Assembly: GCA_951406725.2 (NCBI GenBank)
Contig: OX597815.1
Location: 137,826,001 to 137,890,000, forward strand
Reading direction: 5' to 3'
From: Octopus vulgaris
Taxonomy: Eukaryota
DNA: 64,000 nucleotides
A program made the translations under genes and the position numbers. How positions within the stretch are numbered: position 1 is the first letter of the stretch; each line of letters starts with the position of its first letter. The notes under the pieces were generated by a model. It ran no database searches, was not told the DNA's origin, and worked only from the letters and a program-made list of their open reading frames with translations. This document shows positions 26,701 to 38,900 of the stretch, piece after piece.

Positions 26701-27590
26701 TTGCTGTGTGGGATGTATTTTTTGGATTCATTTGTAATTACTTAGTTGAATCTGTGTACTGCAGTGGTGTTTATGTTGGTAATTGTGGTGTTGTCAGTTT
26801 TGGTTTCACTGGGCTTTTTTGAAACCTGTTAAAGCGTATATGTATATTGTAATGATAGCAAGTAGTTGATAGGAGACATGGCTGATTCTTTGTCATGTGC
26901 TTGTAGTTGCTAGGTGTGTGAAGTAGAAGGTGGTATCTGTGGAAGAATGATTGTAGTTCATTTGTTGAATTATGTGTTGGTGTGTATTGTTTAAGAAGTA
27001 AATGGAGTTTAGTTGCAATGCTATTTATTGTCATGAGGTATATGTTGGTTTATTGGCAGATTAGGTTGAGATATATGTTATTCTGTATATGTAAACATTT
27101 CTAGTGTTACTGTAAAGTTTAGTTTTGGCTTGAAATCTAAAGTAATAAGGTTGTGTACTAAAGAAGTAGATTATTCTGATTTTCATTTTCTTTGGAGGTT
27201 TTTTTCAAACATACTGTACTTGTCATATTGCACTTTGAATTAACACTAAGTACGTTTACATACTCATAACAGATTTAAATACTTAGTTATGACCCTTACA
27301 TTCTGAGTTCAAATTTATCCAAAGTCAACATCGCCTGCTCTCATTCTGGGGGTAGATAAAAGTACCAGCCAAGTCCTGGGATTGGTATAATTGTCTCTTT
27401 CTTTCAACAAAAAATTTGGTCTTTCTACTTTCTTAAGAAATCATTATTATTGATGAATATGTCCATGTGAGTGGGTCTGTGTACACACATGTGTGTGAGC
27501 ATTTATCTACATTTGTGCAGGTACTGTTAAGCAGGACCTTCCAACAACAGGGCTTCAGTATTCAGATTACTTAGCTGAGTATTCTAAATG

Positions 27591-27628
<38 letters not shown>

Positions 27629-28335
27629 CACATGCACACACACACACACACATGCACGTGCGATCTTCTATTCTGTTTCTCAGCTATTAGTAGCTTGCTA
27701 AAATACTAATTCCATGATTAACTCATGAAATTAAGAACCATATTACTACTGTCCCTATCCTTCAGATTTGATCATAAAGTTAAATTTTTCCATTACTAAA
27801 CTTTATTTTTCAGTTCAGTTATGGTCAAGATATTCTTACCAGCTTCATGCAGTACACTCTTGAAAACTTTGTGTTTTTTATCAAACAGTTAATTATAACC
27901 ATTCCGGTTTGTAATTCCATTTTATGTCCTGAGGCTTGGTTTTTTTTTTTTTGACAAGTTTTAATGATTTTTAATTCATCTTTTAACTTTGTCATTTTTT
28001 GGGTATTTATTTATTTATATGTGAGGGTTTCAAATTTTATATGTAATGTTTTTCTCTGGTTTTCTGTTTTTGTTTTCTTCTTTTTTCATCTGGGTTTCCT
28101 TTCTTTATCTTGGCCTTTGGTTTCTCTGTTGGTATTTATTAAGAAAATGTTTTTTTTTGCTAATACTCTATATAGGTGCAGGCATTGTTGTGTGGTAAGA
28201 AGCTTGCTTCTCAACCACATAGTTCTGGGTTCAATCTCACTGCGTGGAATCTTGGGCAAGTGTCTTCTACTATATCCTCAGGCTGACTCAAGCCTTATGA
28301 GTAGATTTGGTTGATGGAAACTGAAAGAAGCCAGT

Positions 28336-28388
<53 letters not shown>

Positions 28389-28759
28389 TTTTATTTGTTT
28401 CAGTCATTTGACTGTGGCCATGCTGGATCACCACCTTTAGTCGAACAAGTCGACCCCAGGACTTGTTCTTTGTAAGTCTAGTACTTATTCTATTGGTCTC
28501 TTTTGCCGACCTGCTAAGTTGCGGGGACATAAACACACTAACATCGGTTGTCAAGTGATGATGGGAGACACACACACACACACACACACATACTCGCATA
28601 TATATATGATGAGCTTCTTTCAGTTTCCATCAACCAACCAAGGATTTGGTTGGCCTGAGGCTATAGTAGAAGATACTTGTCTAAGGTGCTATGCAGTGGG
28701 ATTGAACCTGGAACCATGTGGCTGGTTAGCAAGCTACTTACCACACACCCAGTCCTACA

Positions 28760-28804
<45 letters not shown>

Positions 28805-29934
28805 TTATATGTATACGTATATTTATATATATATGTGTATGTGTATGTGTATACATACATACATATTTTATATATATATATAAATTTAAAATGAGGGTAA
28901 GAAATTTTAATCTTAATTTAATTAACATCAATTTCACACCAGTGGTCTAAGTAAATCCAAAAAGAACGAACAACAAAAACAAGAAAAAACAACAACACAA
29001 GGACACAGTACATGCAAGGTATTAGCAGACGCTCAGTGAAAGAAAGAAAAGTAGTTTTACGTTTTGGGCAAAGCTCTTCATCAGAAACAGGAAACAGAGG
29101 AAAGTCCAAGAGAAAAGGAAAAAATCGCCAATGATCCACATGTTACATTTTCTCATTATTTTGTGAATTCATACAGCAGAGAACCAGCACAAATACTGCA
29201 AAGCATTCTATCTGATACTCTAAGAATTACCTTAAACTCTGCCTGTTTGGCACCTTAAACAAAGCCAAAACTATCACTGGCCTTGTAGGGCTCGAAAATA
29301 CTTTAATTCTCTACAGCTGCTTACTGAACAAAACTGAAGTGAGACCCACATTAGAGCATTGGTCCCACAAGTGGAACAGTACTGATACAAACTAGAACAT
29401 CATAGACACTGTTTCAAAACAGGCCATCTGACTGATTAGCATGGAGTTGCTTGTTAATACACTCCAACCTCCACTACACAGCTATGCTATCTCCTCACTC
29501 CACCTTTTCAATCACTACTGTAATGGCTCTTACTCCTTTCAGCTGGCTGGTGTCATGCATGTCTCTTTCACTTCTTCCTATTATCTATATTGTCTACCCT
29601 CCTCTTCCAGGTTCATCCCTAACCACGAAAACATTGATCCTCCCCTCTATATCTATGTTTTTCCTGCAGTATTTTCTATTATGTGACTCCCTTTTCATAC
29701 ATTGCTGATGTAAATTATACTATCTGGGCTGAATCAGGCATTTAAATTTACCACAGATTGGTGTATATATATTATGTTATAAACAATCTATCTGAAATAC
29801 ATTTCTCTACTTAGCCCTTTTGATACCAACCTGTATCATATCTAAATCTGTATTGTGTTCTTAAATTTTGATTTGAAACAAATTAGAGTTTGGAATTTAT
29901 TTCACTGCACTGAAGTTTATGTCTGTTTTCAGTG

Positions 29935-29969
<35 letters not shown>

Positions 29970-32900
29970 ATTTGGGAATTCCCAAATAGTACATTGTTTA
30001 GATGTAAATTGTTTCTTAAGTGGCTCATTAGAAAATGGAAAAAATATGATGTCGCCAAATAGGTTATATTTCATCTGTATTTTATGTTTTGATTTATCTT
30101 TATTTAGAAGGAAGTTGTGAGCAGAGTTTCCAGTTTGCCAGACCGATATCACTTTCCCCAAGGATGCACAAATGTAGCACATCCTACATCATTACCAATT
30201 TCATCACAACCAAGTGAGGAATGGGACATCATTACATCTACCTCCGAAGGAGACCATGATATTTCTATAGAAACTAGGTAATTATGATGAGAAGCAAAAG
30301 ATAATTAACCCTTTGACATTCAGATTGTTTTGAACTAATCATGCATTATCTTAGAATTTCAAGATTTCAGTGATGTGATTGTTTATTTTTTAGAATGACA
30401 TTGTAGGATAGGTGTAAGAGGCAGGATCTAGCCAGTTTGAGCATAAAGCAAGAAGAATATTCTGACCTGATGTGGCCAGTTTAATATGTTAAAGGGTTAG
30501 ATTATGAAATTGCTGTATCTAGACTGTTGCTATAGTAACAGAGCTAAAGTAGATAAAATGAAATCGCATGGCACAGATTAACCTTGAACTCTGTCATGCA
30601 TGCACGCTAAGTTATGACATTCTTGCTCACTTCCTTTGTTTATAGCAGTACTTGGAAGTAAAGTATGTAGAGTGTGGTCACTTCCCCACTCTTTAGACGT
30701 TCCATCAGTGACCACAGCAGAGAATCTGCATCAACGAGATTTCAAGATGTTGAAGAAATCCAAGAGAATGCGACTAGGCAGCTGCTCACTATCTCAAAAA
30801 AAGGAATGCTTCCATCAGTGGAAACAATGATGGATAGAATGTTTGGCTTCAGAAGATAACTACTTCAAAAGAGATCAGATGCCAAATTGATATGGGTTGC
30901 AGTTTTCTTTTTATAGCACCAGTCCCGATAATTTTGATCAGTCCTCATATTTATATTCATCATTATCATCATTTAATGTCTGCTTTCCATGTTGGCATGA
31001 GTTGAATGGTTTGCTCAAAAACTGGTAAGCCAGGGAGCTGCACCAGGTTCCAATCTGATTTGACATGGTTTCTATGGCTGAATGCTCTTCCTAATGCCAA
31101 CCACTCCAAGAGTGTAGTGGGTGCATTTTACATGCCACTAGCACTGATGCCATTGCACTGCTGTCACTGGCACTGATGCCATTGATGTGATTCTGGCATC
31201 GCCCATGACTACAATCTCTTTTGGCTTGACAGCTCTTCTCAATTAACTTGTATACAGTGCTCAGGTGCATTGTGGCTGTGCATTTAATGAAATTCATTCA
31301 TGTCTACTAAATCTACTCACAAGGTTTTGATCAGCCTAAGGGTACAGCAGAAGATACCTGCCAAAGATGCCATGCAGTGAGATTGAACCTAAAACTACAT
31401 GGTTGGGAAGCAAGCTTCTTAATCACACAGTCATACTTTGGTGGAAATCAAAGTTCCTATTATTGTTTGTATTGTCATATTTCACATCATGCACCCACCT
31501 CAAGTTTTTTTAAATTGTTTAAAAATTTGGTTAGTTAAGAAGTCTTGTTTACATAATTATATCCCTATTTTGCATAAATATATCCCTTTTTTTTTTTGTA
31601 GAAACTTATCTCTCTTTTGTGTATCTTTTCACTTTGTAGTTACGAAAGTACTTCGCTTTATTCAACATGCAGTGAACATTCTGATGATATGTTATGTGCC
31701 CTTTGTCAGCAACCTAATAAAGATGCTTCAACTTATGATGGTAGAAAACTGTTTTTTTGTTATAATTTTAATTTATTAAATTGAATTAAAAATATCTTTC
31801 TGAATAGCCCATACACTAAATCAGGCTTGCACAATTCAGAATGAAATGGTAGTTATATTGGAGGAGGTGAAATGGTAGTCTAAATAATTGGAGGAGGTGA
31901 TCTTGTGTCAGATGATGAAAAGTTATAGTGAGGCAGAGAGACAAACAGGTGTCTTGCTGTAGAGGAGGTATAAGGTTACCTGGCCAGAGAGAGAGAGGGA
32001 GGGAGAGAGAGAGAGAGAGAAAGAGATCAGGAATGAAGACAGAAACCGGTGTGCTACTACAAAGGAAATACATGGTTACCCAACCTGAGAGAAGAGCAGG
32101 AGAAGGAGAGAGAGAGAGAGACAACAGGATAGAGATAGTGGCAAAGTGTCAGGAATACGCAATGATACAGTGAGACAGGGCATGGGTGGAACTTGTAGAG
32201 AGCAATGATACAGTGGTACAGGGCCAAGAGGACAGGATTGGGGAGTGGGAGGTAAGCCTAGTGGATGAAGTGGAAATGTGAGGAAGAGAAGAGATGTAGA
32301 GATGTAATTTGGTTTGTTGTGGTAGAGTGTGTGAGAAATTTTTGTGTTAAGTGTGGGTGGGACACACAAGTGCAGGAGTGGCTGTGTTGTAAGAAGCTTG
32401 CTTTCCAACCACATGGTTCCGGGTTCAGTCCCACTGTGTAGCACTTTGGGCAAGTATCTTCTACTATAGCCTTAGGCCAACCAAAGCCTTGTGAGTGAAT
32501 TTGGTAGATGGAAACTGAAAGAAGCCCATCGTATATATATATATGTGTGTGTACTTGTTATTTGTGTCTGTGTTTGTCCCTCCATCATCACTTGACAACC
32601 AAGGATGTGTTTATGTCCCCATCAATTAGCAGTTCAGCAAAAAGAGATCGATAGAATGAGTACTAGGCATACAAAGAATAAGTCCTGGGGTTGATTTGTT
32701 CAACTAAAGGCAGTACTCCAGCATGGCCACAGTCAAATGACTGAAACAAGTAAAATAATAAAAGAATTACTGACATGTGCACACAAACACACACACAGAT
32801 CATCATCATCATTTAATGTCCGTTGTCCATGCTAGCATGGATTGGATAGTTTGACTGGAGTGGCATGCTGCACCAGACTCCAGTCTGATTTGGCATGGTT

Positions 32901-35900
32901 TTCTACTGCTTGATGCCCTTCCTAACATCAACCACTCTGAGAGTGTAATGGGTGCTTTTACGTACCACCAGCACAGGTGCCATTTGTATGACACCAGTAT
33001 CTGCTATGACTGCAGTTTTGCTCAGCTTCATGGGTCTTCTTCTCAAGCATGACATAATGCCAAGGTCTCAATCGTTGCCACCATGAGGCCCAACACTCAA
33101 AAGGAACTCAGCCACTTTGCCTCCATGAGGCCCAATGCTTGAAAGGAACTCAGCCACTTTGTCACTGTGAGTCCCAATGCTCAAAAGGTGTTCTTTACAT
33201 ACCACCAGCATGGGTGCCAGTTACCACAGCTATGATTTCACTTGACTTGACAGGTCCTCTCAAGCACAGCACATCACTAAAGGTCTCGGTCACTAGTCAT
33301 TGCCTCTGTGAGGCTCAAAGTTTGAAGATCATGCTTCACCACCTTGTCCCATGTCTTCCTGGGTCTACCCTTACCACAGGTTCGTTCCACAGTTAGAGAC
33401 TGGCACTTCTTTACACAGCTGTCCTCGTCCATATGCATCACATGACCATACCAGTTCAGTCATCTCTCTTGCACACACAGATACAGAATGGAATCATGAA
33501 TATGTTTTCCTCTGGAACTTAAAGTCAAGAAATATTATTTTAAACTTTAAACATGCACATATACAGACGTTTGTCAGCATGTACACACACACACACACTC
33601 ACATATATACACACATATATATATATATGGTGATGATTGCTTCATCTTGAGAGATGATAGCCGTCCCATTAACACACACACACCATACTCGATCACACAG
33701 TACAATCACTCCGTTGATGAGCCCTCAGATGACTTTTGAGACCAGTTGCTGACTGACAGGGTTTAAAACACAAGGGATAGATATTATTCAAGTTTCTTTT
33801 ATATCTTTGCCCTTTGGAATCTGATTCTGAAAGAATGTTTTTGTGAACTAGCATATGTCTTTTAAGTTCAGATATTGCAAGTTTTTGACATATGACACAA
33901 GTCATAAGAAGTGGTTGGTGTCCAAGATCATTTCTTAGCTGGGCATTACGATTTGCACATATATATATATTTACATATATACACACTCACATAGTTCTAT
34001 GTCATTTATACATGCATACATATACACTTCTACATATGCTAACATTTGTATGTGTGTATCTGTCATCATTACCATCATCATTTAGCATCCACTTGCCATG
34101 CTAGCATGGGTTTGACAGTTTGACTTGAACTGGTAGGCTGGAGAGCTGTACCAGGTGCCAGTCTAATTTTGGCTTGGTTTCTATGGCTGGATGCCCTTCC
34201 TAATGTCAACCACTCCAAGAGTGTAGCGGGTGCCTTTAACATGTCACTGAGACCAACCATGATTTCACTCGACAAGTCTTCTCAAGCACAGCAAATTACC
34301 AAAGGTCTTGATCACTTGTCATCGCCTCCATGAGATCCAACTTTCAAAGGAATCTACACTTTAAAATACATAGCACATATGTAGACAATGTTGCACATAT
34401 AATTAATATGCACCCACTGACACATGTACATTTGTTATGTAACTAGGCTAACGCATTTCTGTCTAAAAAGTACATACATAGATGTATGTGCTTGTATAGG
34501 TGATTACAATATCTAAAAATGACATAAGATTGTACATGGGTGTATAAACTTCCATATATGTACCAGTATGTGTGGACACTCTTACACTATTTTGAAACCA
34601 AATGCCAGATGAGATGATGTAATATGGGTGAAAAATGTGGTGAACTTGTTGATGGTGGGGGGAGGGTTATTTTGAGGAGAACAGAGATGATGGATGAGAG
34701 CAGAAATATGGGTTAAAGAATAGAACCATGAAAGGATAGGATGGGCTTCTTTCAGTTTCTGTCTACCAGATCTACTAACCAGCTTTGTTGGCCTGGGACT
34801 ATAGTAGAAGACACTTGCTCAAGGTGAACCTGGAACCATGTGTTTGGGAAGCAAACTTCTTGCCATGCAGCCATGCCTACATCTGTAGGTGATGGCAATA
34901 ATTAAGATGATGATAAAAAAAATTGTGCCTTCTGCTACATGTGTGTGTGTATGTGTGTAAGTAACTCTGTATATACATATACACATATACTCATTCTTTA
35001 TTTTGTTTTCTCCACAGGTTCTCTAGGATCACTTGATGGCAGTGATGAAAGCTTTCATTCAACTTCTAGTGTCCAGTCATTTCCTTGGTAGGTAGTTTTA
35101 TTGAATCTGAAGTATAGATGTAATGAAGTATTGTCAGAGGACAATGCAAATGATTTGTTGATGGCAATTTTGATTTATTAGAATATTATTGAAAACTATT
35201 TTTTGATCCTCATTTCTATTTTAGTGGTAATACAAGGTTAAATTCCAGTAAAAAGTCATTCATGTTACTGGCTGATGTTATAAATTCGAAAAAGCATCTT
35301 TTACAAGGTAAGTTCTTCATCTTTGATTTTGTCTATTTGAATGTTTGAACTGCTACCCAAAAGCCTAAATAAAAATTGTTGGTGAGAGAGAAAAATAGTT
35401 TAATATTTTAATTAATCAGGTTGTGAATTGGCTGAATTGTTAGAGTATAGGACAAAATACTTTGCATTGTTTGTTCTGGTCCTTTGTACTCTGAGTTCAA
35501 ATCCTGCCATAGTTGGCCTTGCCTTTCATCCAGTCCAGGGCAATGGGTTGGAGGAATGTAGAGCAGTCTTGAGTAGTAGGCTTAATCTGTTGCTGGTTTA
35601 ACACAACTACCTAGCCCCTGAGAGTTTGTTGTAAACAATTGGCCCAAGTCTCCAGTTTGAAGATGCCTTCCTCTTATCTTCCACTAGTCTCAAATGAAAT
35701 AAAAAGCCATGGGTGTTGTCTTTACCCCCTGAGACAAAGATAAAAATTCACATAGTTCTAATATATTACTAGTTTTGTGTAAATAATTTTACTAGTCATA
35801 GTTAAAATGTTTTTTTTTACTTCCCATTTTTAATTAGATTATGAAATTAAGATCTTGACTACTTACTGCATCAAATTTTATTGCAGCTATTATGTTGTCT

Positions 35901-38900
35901 CTCTGAACAACTCTACTTGCACTTATTTGCAGGACTAAACAAAAATTAAATTCCACTCTTAATTTATAGTAGAATGGGTAATGACAGGAAAGTCGTTCAG
36001 CTATGGAAATAAATCACAACTTAACTGCTGGCAGGGTAAAAAGCTTTGTGTTTGGAACTTGCAGCATGTTCATGGGACGTCAAGGAAATCTGGATTAAGT
36101 TTGCTAAGTTTGGCAAATAAAATTCTGGTAGGAATTTCTCAAACTAGTGGAACTACTGAATGAATCTCACCTGAACACCTTCCGTAGAAATAGAAATGGG
36201 CCAGACTTCAATATTCCATTAATGATAGAACAATGGAGTACCATAAGGCACTCATCACCAACTGAACTAGCATTCAGTTTTACATTCTATCAAAAGGGGA
36301 CAGTTGTTAGGTGGAATCCACTTAAAAATGTGAACAATACTCCTTTTTGGGATGGATGTTGGTGAAAAGGTATGGGTGTTGAGAACCTTTTTTGAAAGGT
36401 AGAACAAGCCCACCATTCTTACCAATTGATTTAATGTCAGAATCCCATCTCAATTTAAAATTTAAGAGTATATCTGAACAAGGAGACTTTTCAAAGCAGT
36501 TTTATCCATTGAAGTAGGGGGAAGGCAAGGAATTTCATGTTAGTATTGGAAAAGTTAGTCTTAGAAGCTTTAACCACAAGAAGCTATTTGTTTTCCCATT
36601 GCATGGTTCCAGTTAGGCCACGATAAAGTCGATGAAATCAGATCTGGTTCATTCCAGATGTTTTATGGAATGGAAGAACTGAAACTAGAATGTAAAGGGA
36701 TAAAAATGTAAGGCATTTAATCTTGTATTATACTGCTTCTACTTTCAAACAACTTTTCATATTTATTGATCTGATGTTGATTAACTTCTTTTTATGCTTT
36801 ACTTTTATTTTCAAACTACTTTTTTTTCTTTTTTTAGCTAAGAATTTAATGTATTTTCTTAGTCAGTATGACAATATCAATAATGTGGTGGCAAGTCTTC
36901 TGTCAGGTCGTACAGTTGCTGTGGTGGGATCATGTAATAGTGAGGAGAAGGTTAAAGATATTGTCGAAGCACTCTCTCTCTTTGTTCCTGGGAACTTTAT
37001 GTAAGTATTAAAAACTTTGAGAAAGCACTTTTCCTCATATTTCAAGACCCCTAAATTAATATATATTTAGTTGAATGATTTGTTTTACCTTATCTTCATA
37101 ATTTCTGTCATTATCTTGTCTTCTTTTCTTTTGAGTACAAAAACATATGGCTTAAAGAAAGTATCTTTATACTATTGTCCAGTTCTTCTGAAATGATTCA
37201 GAATTGAATTTTCTGTGATCATTTTGTTTTCTATTGTTTTACTTTTTTTTCTTCCTGTGTTGGAGTTTGTAAAACTTTAGTCAGAATAAGAAAACAATAT
37301 GTATAACCTTCATAGGATTCCGAGTGATGACATTGATGTTCTGCTTGGACTTCTGTAGGTTGGTGCCTGCAAGAAAATTGTGGGCAGAGGTGCTCCAGAG
37401 GGCTGCAATTGCGGAAAGAATTATTAAGCAGAGTATTTAGTGTGGCTTTTGGAGTGAGTGAAAGTAGTGAGAAGTGGATTCTGAATCATGTTTTGGCTGT
37501 AGCTGTACATGGCTACTAGTTCAGAGAGTCGAGGATGTATAATAGAAGAGACAGAAAAATGACAGTATATCTGTGACATTGCAGTTGTACATTGGTGTTT
37601 GAGTTGTATGAAGTAGCTTTATCAATCTGTTGGATGGGCTCTTGTAGAATCTAATCTAGGACATTTGTGTGTGGCTATAGGCAAAACCATCTTCCTAGGT
37701 GTGTAAGTTCTAATGTGAACAACATTTGAGCTGCAGAGTATATGAGTAACTAATGAAAGTTAAAAAATTTGTGGGCTTGGAAGAAGACTAATACAGATTT
37801 GATAATGTTATATATGTTTAAGGTAATGACGAAAGTTATCAGAAACTGTGAAGACTAGCATTTATAGTAACTTTAAGGGTTTTAGTGTTGAGGAGGGGAG
37901 ACATAAAGCACTACTTTTTTGATAGGTATAGTGAATGTGTCTTTCTGCTGTTTAAGAAAGTCCAGATTGTTATGTTTATTAGAAGATATTTCTGAACTAG
38001 CCAGATCTTCATAGAAGATCTTGGCTAAAGTGTTTTCAATAATGTGGATGACACCTGTGTACTAAAAGATAAGGAAAATGGAGGGTGGTAGCAACTATGG
38101 AAAACATTACCAAATCTTGAGATGCAAGACTTTGAAGAAAAGTGAATGGCAGAGGAAATGGAAATCTTGTCTCATAGTTTGCCACTAACTACTATGTCAA
38201 TTCTTGTGATCCACTCAATTAACTCAATAATTTTTACTAGACCTCTCAAAATTCTGTGCTTACTGGATAAGAGGAAGAGAATATAAGATTATTGAACAGC
38301 CTCTCAAAGTGTTAGTTATGGCTGTAAACCTTTGTACTATCTTGTAGTGGGTATCTACTGGGAAAATATTTCATTAATGCTCTCTCACAATTAGTAGTGG
38401 TATGTAATAAAAAGTATTTTCAGTAAATTGAAACACTTTTACCCTCAAACTAGCTTTTCAACATAGTGAACTCCATGAAAAGGTATTCAAGAACCATCTG
38501 GGGATGTTATAACACATTATACTTCTTACCACCCAATGTTTTGAGTACATTCAAGAAGGAATTCACAATGTGTGTTTCACTGATGGATGACATAATTATG
38601 TTAATAAAGCAAATATAAAGTGAGAGTGGCACTTCTTTACCACTAAATATACTGTGGCAATTAGCAAATACATCGTTATCTTTACATTGTCCTAAATGAG
38701 GTTTAAATTTGGGATATTAACATATTGGACAGTTGTTCAGTTTATTAATATCACAGAAATTCTTGTTATGCTCACTTTCATATTGCTAATATAAACCAAT
38801 ATAATCAAGCAATGATTTGAGTCATTACATTGTTTAAAAGCATAGAAAGTACTTGTTATAATAAGAATACTTAATGCATTTTCTAGTAATTTTAATAAAA

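Noticed and set aside
25180-27200. Possible very old minus-strand LINE
   Set aside because: Strand-skewed composition and faint motifs only; no family could be supported.
30646-30859. Candidate SMCR8 exon after the tatagcag acceptor
   Set aside because: It gives a stop in the required phase, and the downstream peptide is a mariner transposase remnant.
37310-38330. Purine-skewed tract, possibly an ancient LINE
   Set aside because: No recognisable motif or open frame.
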